Origin: Rubripirellula sp.
GTDB lineage: Bacteria > Planctomycetota > Planctomycetia > Pirellulales > Pirellulaceae
NCBI GenBank assembly: GCA_965216875.1
Contig: OZ244207.1
Coordinates: 6,976,001-7,040,000, forward strand
Reading direction: 5' to 3'
DNA: 64,000 bases
In this document: piece after piece, positions 55,683-64,000 of the stretch
How positions within the stretch are numbered: the first letter of the stretch is position 1
How the letters are laid out: every line of letters starts with the position of its first letter
Notes under the pieces: model-generated
What the model was told of the DNA's origin: nothing
The model's database searches: none
Seen by the model: only the letters and a program-made list of their open reading frames with translations
Translations under genes and position numbers: made by a program

Positions 55683-55965
55683 TCAGCCGCCACGCGATAG
55701 CGTGAGGTTTCTACCTTCCTGGTAACCGCGAGCTATCGCTCTGCGGCTGATGATGGCAGTTCGTAGTACCGAGCTTTAGCCGGAATCTTCTCACATGGGC
55801 TACAAACGGCGTGACCACGCTTCGTAGCTACGCTCGCCAGAGCGTGGTAGACGAGAGCAAAGCGGTCTACTGAGACAAACCACCTTCTGGCGAAGGTAGC
55901 TACGGCCCGCGGAGAGGACGCGGAGCGTCCAAGAGTGCGTTACCACGCGGAGCGTGGTAACGAGG
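55683..55965. repeat. Mosaic cluster of at least four REP families
   Basis: TCAGCCGC..GCGATAGC/GCTATCGC..GCGGCTGA; GTAGTACCGAGCTTTAGCCGG; GTAGCTACGCTCGCCAGAGCGTGG/CCACCTTCTGGCGAAGGTAGCTAC; GGACGCGGAGCGTCC...GGTAACGAGG. Confidence 0.85.
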
Positions 55966-56089
55966 TTTGAGGTGGCGGCTCGCAAGCCGTGTTCACGGGG
56001 TACGGTGTTGAATTGACTGTCGACTGTTCGCCGCATGGCGATCGTCGTAGAGTGATTGAGACGCAATTCCCTCGGACTCGAACAATTCC

Positions 56090-59000
56090 ATGCCTGATCC
56101 CACAAAGTCGCTGACGCTGACGCGAATGTCGCTGGCGTCGATTCGCTACAGTTGGCGCGTTTCACTCTCGGTGGCTCTCGGTGTCGCAACGGCAACGGCC
56201 GTGATTGCCGGCGCTTTGTTAGTGGGCGATTCGATGCGCGGCAGTCTGCGCGGGTTGACGATTGAACGTCTTGGGAAAACCGATTCGGCGATCATCCCCG
56301 GTTCGTTCTTCGATGCCGACAGTGTTTCCGAAGACGCCGTCGCGCTGATCCTATTTGCTCGCGGCGTTGTCGAAACGGATGACCCTGCTCGTGAGGGCGA
56401 GGTCCGTCGCGCTGGTTCGATCCAAATCGTTGGTTGTGATGACGATTTTTGGGACCTTGATGTCAGCGGGGTTCGTCCCCAGCAATTCCCAAACGACGAC
56501 GGTGTGGTGATGAACCAGTCGGCCGCCGACGAGCTGGGAGTCAAGACGGGTGATTTGGTCACCGTTCGATTGCCGGTTGAACAGGCCGTGCCGGCCGATA
56601 GTCCGCTTGGAAGACGCGATATTCAAACCGAAGGTCTTCCGCGGATGAAAGTGTTGGACGTTGTGCCAGACAAAGGACTGGGGCGATTTTCACTTTCGCC
56701 AAGTCAGGCAGCGCCGCAGATCGTTTTCCTTGATCGCGCAACGATCGGCGATGTGCTCGGACGCGATGGGCAAGCCAACGCGTTGTTGTTCGATCACTCG
56801 GTTGAAATCGATGATCTGAATATCGACTTGGCGGCACTGGGTTTAAAGCTAGATCGGGTCCAACGTGAGTTTGTCGATGGCGACCAAGACGCCCAGACGA
56901 TCTACGACTACTACTCGCTAACCAGTGATCGGTTGCTCCTGCCCGATGTGGTCGTGGATCGAGTCACCGCGACACTCGAGCCAGGCAAAGTTCACTCGCT
57001 GACGACTTACTTGGCAAACGCGATCGAACGAAAGGAAGGCGACCAGGCTCGCGACGAAGAAGTCTTTCCTGTGCCGTACAGCACGATCACCGCAGTCGAT
57101 TCGTTGGGCGATCTTCCGCTCGATTATTCCAAAGCGGGTGACGGGTCAGTCGTGCCAATGGTATTGAACAGTTGGGCTGCCGAACGTCTGAAGGCAAACG
57201 TTGGAACGCAGTTGACGGTCGCGTACTACGAACCCGAAGTTGAAAACGGCAACGAGATTGAGCGTACTTTCGATGCGGTCGTGACGGGTATCGTTCCAGT
57301 GACGGAGCCAGCCAAGCGTTACTTTCGTAGTCGTGAGGCTGTGTTCGACAAGCCACCAACGGTTTACAACGATCCCGATCTGACGCCGACCGTTCCGGGG
57401 GTGACCGATCAAGATTCGATCAGCGATTGGGACTTGCCCTTTGCTCTAAAACGCAAAATCGAAAAAGAGGACGATCGGTATTGGAACAACTACCGCTTGA
57501 CGCCAAAGGCGTTCTTGCCGCTCAAAGAGGGGCAACGACTCTTTTCAAGCCGGTTTGGGCAAACGACAAGTCTACGCATCGATCATGCTGCGAGCGTTGA
57601 CCGTAGCGTGCTCGAGCGACAAATCCTCGAGGCGCTCAAGCCAAACTATGCCGACCTTGGTTGGACGGTGCGTCACATTCGCAATCAACAGCTAACGGCG
57701 TCGCGCGGAACGACGCCCTTTGACGTGTTGTTCTTGTCCCTCAGCTTCTTTGTCATCTTGGCTGCCGTGATGTTGATCGCGATGCTGTTTCGGCTCGGTT
57801 TGGTCGAGCGTCAAAAGCAGTTTGGGACGCTGTTGGCGATTGGATGGCCGCCAAAGCAGGTTGCAAAGATGGCGCGCCGAGAAGGATTTGTGGTCGCGCT
57901 GGCCGGCGTGGTGCTCGGATTGGTTGGCGGTTTCGTCTACGCGAAACTGGTCCTTTGGGCGCTAAGGTCGCTATGGGTTGGGGCTGTAACCGTTCCGTTT
58001 CTGACCTTCCATTGGACACCGTTGACGCTGGTGATCGGTGCGGTTTCGGGGTGGTGTGTCGCGGCGATCACGTTGGTGATGACGACTCGGTCCCTTACCA
58101 AGGTCCAGGCGCAAACCTTGCTTTCGGGTCGCGATGTTGATTTGCAGTCGAATAAGGCCGATGGTGACGCGACATCCCGCGATAAGAAGATCGGCATCGC
58201 CGCATGGGCGACACTGATGTGCGCTTTGGTTGCCGCAGGTGCTGGCGCGATGGCAGGCGGGCAAGCTGCGGCCGGCGGATTTGTTGGCGGCGGCATGTTG
58301 TTATTGGTTGCGGGTTTGTTGGCCATTTATCGGCGACTGCGAACGCCAAGACGGATCAAGAATGCGTCAGGCGATGACAAGCAAAGTCGATACACCCTCG
58401 GCAGCCTTGCTTCGCGTAACGCCTCACGCCATCCGCTTCGTAGCACGTTGACCATTGGATTGATGGCAAGTGCCTCCTTCTTGATCATTGCGATTTCCGC
58501 GTTTCGGCTCGAGCCAACCGAGAAAGGGACGGGAGGATTCCGTCTGATCGGCCAATCGGCTCAACCGCTGTACAAGGACTTGAGCCAGAAAGACGTTCAA
58601 GCGGAGTTGCTTGGCCCCGATGCCGATGTGCTCGGCGACGCACGCGTGGTTCCGATGCGACTGCGGTTGGGACAAGACGCTAGTTGCAACAATCTTTATC
58701 AGGCGACGCAGCCAACCGTGCTTGGCGTTTCGAAGTCGATGGAGCTTATGTTCGAAGGCGACGACGCACTCGCCGGGTTTGAGTTTTTTGCACACGCCGA
58801 AGTTGATGGCGATCAAACGCCCTGGGTGCTCCTTCAGCGCGATGCGGTTGGTAGCGAAGAAAACCCTATTCCGATGATCCTTGATCAAAACACCGCGATG
58901 TACAGTTTGCAGATGTACGGTGGTGTGGGAGAGATCAAGTCGTTCGAATACGAACCTGGAAAGCCACTCTTCTTCGAGGTGGTCGGTCTGCTGTCCAATT

Positions 59001-59587
59001 CGTTGCTGCAAGGAAAACTGATGATCGGCAACGACAATTTTGAAGGTGCGTTCACGACAATCAACGGTCATCAATTCTTCTTGATCGCTTGCGAGAATGA
59101 AGAGCGTGCCGCCGTTCGATCGGCGCTTGAAAATCGGCTCGGCGATGTGGGGATGGATATGTCCGATGCCGCCACCGTGTTGTCAGGAATGCTTGCCGTA
59201 CAAAACACCTACTTGCGCACGTTCCAAAGTCTCGGTGCACTTGGGTTGTTACTCGGCACGATTGGCTTGGCAGTCGCGCAGATGCGCAGCGTTTTGGAGC
59301 GGCGAAGCGAGCTAGCCGTTTTGCGTGCCATCGGGTTCACGCGGGCTCGATTGGCGGCGTTGGTGATGAGCGAGACGGCATCGCTGTTGTTGGCTGGAAT
59401 CGGTTGTGGGTTGATCTGTGCCGTATTGGCGGTGTTGCCGCATGCCTTTGTGAATGAACTACGCCCGCCAATTATCGAGCCGATCGCGATCATTGTTGGC
59501 ATCATCGTTTTCGGAATGCTTGCTGGCTTGTCCGCTGTGGGGCGGGTCGTCCGCATGCCGCTCATCCAATCGTTGCGGTCCGAATGA
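56090..59587 (+). CDS. ABC transporter permease, FtsX/MacB family (double module)
   Basis: GALLVGDSMRGSL, ERQKQFGTLLAIGW, ERRSELAVLRAIGF; two TM blocks. Confidence 0.9.
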   Translation: MPDPTKSLTLTRMSLASIRYSWRVSLSVALGVATATAVIAGALLVGDSMRGSLRGLTIERLGKTDSAIIPGSFFDADSVSEDAVALILFARGVVETDDPAREGEVRRAGSIQIVGCDDDFWDLDVSGVRPQQFPNDDGVVMNQSAADELGVKTGDLVTVRLPVEQAVPADSPLGRRDIQTEGLPRMKVLDVVPDKGLGRFSLSPSQAAPQIVFLDRATIGDVLGRDGQANALLFDHSVEIDDLNIDLAALGLKLDRVQREFVDGDQDAQTIYDYYSLTSDRLLLPDVVVDRVTATLEPGKVHSLTTYLANAIERKEGDQARDEEVFPVPYSTITAVDSLGDLPLDYSKAGDGSVVPMVLNSWAAERLKANVGTQLTVAYYEPEVENGNEIERTFDAVVTGIVPVTEPAKRYFRSREAVFDKPPTVYNDPDLTPTVPGVTDQDSISDWDLPFALKRKIEKEDDRYWNNYRLTPKAFLPLKEGQRLFSSRFGQTTSLRIDHAASVDRSVLERQILEALKPNYADLGWTVRHIRNQQLTASRGTTPFDVLFLSLSFFVILAAVMLIAMLFRLGLVERQKQFGTLLAIGWPPKQVAKMARREGFVVALAGVVLGLVGGFVYAKLVLWALRSLWVGAVTVPFLTFHWTPLTLVIGAVSGWCVAAITLVMTTRSLTKVQAQTLLSGRDVDLQSNKADGDATSRDKKIGIAAWATLMCALVAAGAGAMAGGQAAAGGFVGGGMLLLVAGLLAIYRRLRTPRRIKNASGDDKQSRYTLGSLASRNASRHPLRSTLTIGLMASASFLIIAISAFRLEPTEKGTGGFRLIGQSAQPLYKDLSQKDVQAELLGPDADVLGDARVVPMRLRLGQDASCNNLYQATQPTVLGVSKSMELMFEGDDALAGFEFFAHAEVDGDQTPWVLLQRDAVGSEENPIPMILDQNTAMYSLQMYGGVGEIKSFEYEPGKPLFFEVVGLLSNSLLQGKLMIGNDNFEGAFTTINGHQFFLIACENEERAAVRSALENRLGDVGMDMSDAATVLSGMLAVQNTYLRTFQSLGALGLLLGTIGLAVAQMRSVLERRSELAVLRAIGFTRARLAALVMSETASLLLAGIGCGLICAVLAVLPHAFVNELRPPIIEPIAIIVGIIVFGMLAGLSAVGRVVRMPLIQSLRSE

Positions 59588-59596
59588 GCGAGTTTG

Positions 59597-60322
59597 ATGA
59601 AGTTCATTGATGCCTTTTCGCGACCAACGGCCGCCGATCACCTTGCGTTGGATGAAGCACTGCTGCTTGAGACAGACAAGGGAATCTGTGAGGAGACGCT
59701 TCGCTGTTGGGAATTTGAGAAACCGACACTCGTTGTCGGACGCTCATCCAAAATCGACTTTGAAGTGAACCTTGGCTACTGCAAGGCGAACGGAATCGAA
59801 GTCTTACGCCGTTGTAGTGGCGGAGCATCGATCGTCGGGGGACCTGGATGTTTGATGTACAGCGTCGTTTTGAGTTTGGCGTTGAGGCCGGAGCTGCGAG
59901 GCATCGACGCAGCACACGCATTTGTCATGCAACGCGTTCTTGGCGCATTGCGAAACCAAGCGGGTGATGAGGTTGCGTTTCAAGGGACTTGCGATTTGAC
60001 ATGGCAGGATCGCAAGTGCTCGGGAAACAGTCTGCGGGTGACGCGGCAAGCCGTTCTTTATCACGGAACCATTCTCTACAACGCCGATTTGGACTTTTTT
60101 GCGGGGGCGCTCGCAGGAGCGCCGCGACAACCTGATTATCGTGCAGGTCGCGATCACCGCGCCTTCATGACGAATGTTGCGGTCGATCCCACACGATTGC
60201 AAACCCAGCTCTGCGAAGCGTTCGGCGCCGAGGGGGACGGATCGTTCGAGATACCCGAATCCCGTATCTGCGAATTACGTGAGCAACGTTATGATGATCC
60301 CGCCTGGCATTTCCGCCACTAG
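59597..60322 (+). CDS. Lipoate-protein ligase A family
   Basis: LALDEALL, RRCSGGASI, RKCSGNS, LYHGTIL. Confidence 0.88.
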   Translation: MKFIDAFSRPTAADHLALDEALLLETDKGICEETLRCWEFEKPTLVVGRSSKIDFEVNLGYCKANGIEVLRRCSGGASIVGGPGCLMYSVVLSLALRPELRGIDAAHAFVMQRVLGALRNQAGDEVAFQGTCDLTWQDRKCSGNSLRVTRQAVLYHGTILYNADLDFFAGALAGAPRQPDYRAGRDHRAFMTNVAVDPTRLQTQLCEAFGAEGDGSFEIPESRICELREQRYDDPAWHFRH

Positions 60323-60440
60323 TGCTTTGCTTGGATGCGGTTGTTGTTGCTTCGGGCAAACCGGCGAGTCCTGAAATCCGACGTTTCGGATTGCATCACC
60401 AAGTCCGCTGAAAACACCCTTGATTTTGTGCATTGAGTCA

Positions 60441-61838
60441 ATGAATCGCCAATCGTTGCAATTGTTGCTGGAACCTTTTGCCCAAGAGCATCTTTTGGCC
60501 TTTTGGGACGAACTCGATTCGCAACAGCAGAGTCAACTCGACGCGCAGATTCGCGGTATCGATTTTGAAGAGTTGGCTCGCTTGATTGCTCATGAAGTTG
60601 AGCAGGTCGATTTTGCGAAACTCGCTGCCGTCGCCGAAGCGCCACCTTCGGTCGCGGTGGATGGATCGGGCGCCGAATGGACCGTTGCTCAAGCCAAACA
60701 ACGCGGCGACGAGGCACTGAGCCGTGGAGAGGTTGGTGCGATCATCGTCGCTGGCGGCCAAGGGACTCGACTCGGTTTCGACCAACCAAAAGGGATGTTT
60801 CCCATTGGGCCGGTTTCCAATCGAACCCTTTTTCAGATGTTTGCAGACCGCTTGATGGCGATTCGCGATCGCTATCAGGTTTCGGTTCCGCTGTATGTGA
60901 TGACGAGTGACGCGACCGACCAAGCGACACGTCACTATTTTGAATCGAACGAGTACTTTGGGTTGCCGCCCCAGGACGTGCAGATTTTTAAACAAGGCAC
61001 GATGCCTGCGGTCGATGCCAACAGTGGCAAAGTCCTCTTGGAGGCGAAAGGCTCGATTGCGCTTAGCCCCGATGGCCACGGAGGAACGGTCGCGGCGCTT
61101 AAGCGGAGTGGTTGCCTTGATGATGCCCAACAGCGAGGGATCAAACATCTGTCGTACATTCAAGTTGACAACCCGCTCTCGGCTCTGTGTGATCCAGTTC
61201 TGATTGGCCACCACCTCTTAGCGGAAAGTGAAATGACGACGCATGTCGTCCGCAAACGCGATGCGGATGAGCGGGTGGGCAACGTCGTTTTTGCAAATGG
61301 CAGTGTTCAAATCATCGAATACAGCGACCTGCCCGAAGCCGCTGCACAGGCGAAGCAGCCCGATGGTTCGCTGCGATTGTGGGCTGGCAACATTGCGGTT
61401 CACATCCTCGATGTAGGCTTCCTGGAGCGGATGTACGACTCGGCCGATTCGCTTCCGTTTCATCGAGCTAACAAGAAGGTCACCTGCATTGATGCAGCCG
61501 GAACCCAGGTCGTTCCAGATGCACCAAACGCGATCAAGTTCGAGAGGTTTATTTTTGACATGCTGCCACAGGCAAACAACGCGTTTGTGGTGGAAGCATT
61601 GCCAAGTGAGGCCTTTGCTCCGGTGAAGAACGCCGACGGAGCAAAGTCAGATACGCCCGAGCTCTCTCGGCGCGCGATCCACGAATTGCATCGGAAGTGG
61701 CTCGAGTTGGCTGGCGCCGTGGTGGATGAGGGGGTTTTGGTAGAGATTAACCCTCGGTTTTCGCTTTCGGGCGAGGAATTACGCGAAAAGATACCCGCAA
61801 ATTTGCGGATCGATCGCGACCAATATTTTGACATCTGA
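60441..61838 (+). CDS. UDPGP-type-1 (eukaryotic-type) UDP-N-acetylhexosamine pyrophosphorylase
   Basis: AGGQGTRLG, PKG, PDGHGG, QVDNPL, IEYS, KFERFIFD, FAPVKNA. Confidence 0.9.
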   Translation: MNRQSLQLLLEPFAQEHLLAFWDELDSQQQSQLDAQIRGIDFEELARLIAHEVEQVDFAKLAAVAEAPPSVAVDGSGAEWTVAQAKQRGDEALSRGEVGAIIVAGGQGTRLGFDQPKGMFPIGPVSNRTLFQMFADRLMAIRDRYQVSVPLYVMTSDATDQATRHYFESNEYFGLPPQDVQIFKQGTMPAVDANSGKVLLEAKGSIALSPDGHGGTVAALKRSGCLDDAQQRGIKHLSYIQVDNPLSALCDPVLIGHHLLAESEMTTHVVRKRDADERVGNVVFANGSVQIIEYSDLPEAAAQAKQPDGSLRLWAGNIAVHILDVGFLERMYDSADSLPFHRANKKVTCIDAAGTQVVPDAPNAIKFERFIFDMLPQANNAFVVEALPSEAFAPVKNADGAKSDTPELSRRAIHELHRKWLELAGAVVDEGVLVEINPRFSLSGEELREKIPANLRIDRDQYFDI

Positions 61839-62103
61839 CTAGAATGGTGTGTTCAAGCGCTCGCCGACATTGACCGAGCTGTAACTGGGATACTGGCAGA
61901 AGTGTGGGCTTCTGTGATTCCGCCCGGAAACCGCACGATGGACGCCGCGATCGTCAACTTGATTCGACGATCCACTGTCACGACCCTCCCCCCCTGATGG
62001 GCGCTGCTTTGATGCCGCTAGACGGAACCTTTCGGTGTGTTGATGGTTTCAACATAGTGTGGTTCACGTCCAAAATTTCCCTCCCTGCACATTCTTTCCC
62101 TCA

Positions 62104-63927
62104 ATGAATCGTTCTTTACGAATCGACCACCCGCGCCGTCGTGTCGGCGGGATTGTAGGTGGACTGCTGGTTTGTTTGATCCTCGCCGGCGTTGTTGTCG
62201 CCATTGGCTACAAGTTCATTTATGACGGCAAGGAGGGCGTCGCCGAGGGTGAGTTGATCACGGCGGTTGCCAGCCAGGCCCCGTTTGATCACATCGTTCT
62301 CGAGCAGGGCGAAATCGAGAGTAGCAGTAACACCGAAGTGATCTGCGAAGTGAAGTCGCGCGGTTACACCGGCGTGCCGATCCTTTGGGTGATCGATGAG
62401 GGAACGCGAGTCAAGGCAGGCGACAAGTTGGTCGAACTCGATTCGTCGACCATCGAACTTGAATTGAAAGAGGATCGCATCGAAGTCATCAGTGCCGAGG
62501 CGAATGTGGCTTCGGCCAAAGCGCTTGTGCAACAGGCCGAGATTGCTCGAGAAGAATATCTCGAAGGGGTCTACATGACGGCCGAGGCTGACATCCAAAA
62601 GGAAATTGGGGTCGCCGAGCAAGAGTTGCGACAGGCTCAGTTGTTGGTCGAGAGCGCCGAGCGTTTGGTTGCTCGCGGTGTTCAAAAGAAGCTGCAGTTG
62701 GAGGCCGAGCAATTCAAGGTTGCCAATGCAGAGAACACGTTGGCAGCGGCTCGCAGTCGCTTACGCGTTCTTCAGGAACTGACCAAAAAGAAAATGCTCG
62801 TTCAGTTCGATAGCGACATTGACTCGGCCAAGGCCAAGTTGTCAGCCTTTGAGAGTGAGCTTTTGGAAGAACGCCAAGAGTTGGCCGACGTCGAGATGCA
62901 GTTGGAAAAATGTGTCATGTACGCCCCGAGCGACGGGATCGTTGTGCATGCCAATCGCTACAGCAGCCGTGGTGGTAATGCCGAGTTCGTTGTTGAAGCA
63001 GGTGCATCGGTTCGGGAACGCCAAGCCATCATTCGCCTGCCCGACCCAAATCAAATGCAGGTGAAGGTCAAGGTCAACGAGTCTCGGATCACGCTGATTC
63101 AGGAAGGCATGCCAGTGAAGATTGCGGTTGACGCGATTCCTGGGCTTGAATTGAAAGGTCGCGTGACAAAGGTCAATCGATACGCCGAACCGGGAAGCTT
63201 TTTCAGTTCGTCGATCAAAGAATACGCGACCTTCATCGAGATCATCGAACCGCCAGAAGAGATTCGAACCGGTATGACGGCGGAAGTGCAGATCTTCGTC
63301 GAGCAACTTGACGACGCTTTGCAGATTCCGATTCAAGGTTTGTACGAGCATGGTGGCAGCATGTATTGCCTGGCACAGCGAAGTGCGACCAAGTTTGAAA
63401 CCTTGGCAGTCAAGATCGGTGCAACCAACGACACGATGGCGAACATCGTCGAGGGCGTCGAAGAGGGTGACAAACTCGTTTTGAACCTGCGGAGCCACCT
63501 GAGCCTGATGGACCTTCCTGATATCTCCCAGGAGGACAACAGTGAGATGCGAAAGCTGCGAAAAGACCCACCGCCAGGATCCGTTGCTGAGGGCGGTTCC
63601 CAGCGTGGCGGCGGCAAGGGCGCTGGTGGACGCCCAGGCGGCGGACGTCAGGGTGGCGGTGGACGCCCGGGCGGTGGTGGCGGACGCGAAGGCGGCGGAA
63701 CTGGTGGTGGAGGTATGCCGAGCCCGACCGAGATCGTAAAACGCAGTTTTCAAAACAACGACACCGATGGCGATGGGAAACTTTCGGCCGAGGAAATTGG
63801 TGCGATGGATGCGTCGCGTCAAGGAATGGTACGAGCTGCTGATGCGAACGGGGACGGCAGCGTCACACGTGCCGAAATGACTTCGGCAATTAAGAAACGC
63901 TTTCAAGGTGGTGGTGCTGGCCAGTGA
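62104..63927 (+). CDS. MacA-like periplasmic adaptor with a Gly-rich linker and C-terminal EF-hand pair
   Basis: N-terminal TM, EGTRVKAGDKLVELD, YAPSDGIV, RTGMTAEV; DTDGDGKLSAEE, DANGDGSVTRAE. Confidence 0.85.
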   Translation: MNRSLRIDHPRRRVGGIVGGLLVCLILAGVVVAIGYKFIYDGKEGVAEGELITAVASQAPFDHIVLEQGEIESSSNTEVICEVKSRGYTGVPILWVIDEGTRVKAGDKLVELDSSTIELELKEDRIEVISAEANVASAKALVQQAEIAREEYLEGVYMTAEADIQKEIGVAEQELRQAQLLVESAERLVARGVQKKLQLEAEQFKVANAENTLAAARSRLRVLQELTKKKMLVQFDSDIDSAKAKLSAFESELLEERQELADVEMQLEKCVMYAPSDGIVVHANRYSSRGGNAEFVVEAGASVRERQAIIRLPDPNQMQVKVKVNESRITLIQEGMPVKIAVDAIPGLELKGRVTKVNRYAEPGSFFSSSIKEYATFIEIIEPPEEIRTGMTAEVQIFVEQLDDALQIPIQGLYEHGGSMYCLAQRSATKFETLAVKIGATNDTMANIVEGVEEGDKLVLNLRSHLSLMDLPDISQEDNSEMRKLRKDPPPGSVAEGGSQRGGGKGAGGRPGGGRQGGGGRPGGGGGREGGGTGGGGMPSPTEIVKRSFQNNDTDGDGKLSAEEIGAMDASRQGMVRAADANGDGSVTRAEMTSAIKKRFQGGGAGQ

Positions 63928-64000
63928 CAACGACAGAAGCCGCGAGCACTTCCCCAAGCTCGACGCCCACCAGCACAAAGCTGGCAACTTCGATTCGCGA
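63924..64000 (+). CDS. Start of the next gene (3'-partial; possibly an ABC ATP-binding subunit)
   Basis: GTGA overlap with the upstream stop; frame open to the window end. Product inferred from context only. Confidence 0.4.
   Translation, partial: MTTTEAASTSPSSTPTSTKLATSIR

Noticed and set aside
55800..56195. 131-aa minus-strand ORF (similarly 54141-54503 and 1272-1598)
   Set aside because: Runs through REP mosaics and overlaps real genes; not protein-like.

Overview
Chromosomal window from a planctomycete (Pirellulaceae-like), judged from DUF1559 prepilins, a DUF1592/DUF1552 pair, a LEPR-XLL/dockerin protein, a sulfatase and GTAG-type REPs. Main blocks: (1) 1.4-18 kb, a surface-appendage candidate: two tandem DUF1559 prepilins (each with its own sigma70-like promoter and terminator), a 64-aa lipoprotein, and four ~1000-aa TPR + FG-GAP + ASPIC/UnbV lipoproteins that sort into two subtypes, one A/B pair on each side of the prepilins. 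(2) 18-29 kb, accessory and exported enzymes, including a protein with a sugar-dehydrogenase propeller inserted inside a Calx-beta domain. (3) 29.5-41.4 kb, a type II secretion-like operon (gspD-E-F-G-H-I-J-K-C?-L-M plus a TPR lipoprotein), with a REP-containing segment inserted in frame in one pseudopilin leader. (4) 42-64 kb, housekeeping genes: ruvX, PaaK-like ligase, pncB/pncA, lptD, dgkA, cutA, ABC/MFP components, lipoate ligase and a eukaryotic-type UDP-GlcNAc pyrophosphorylase. Several different REP families fill the intergenic spaces, and four TAG stop codons lie in the GTAG of a REP. No rRNA, tRNA, CRISPR array or transposase was seen. All family calls come from motif recognition by eye, not from database searches.
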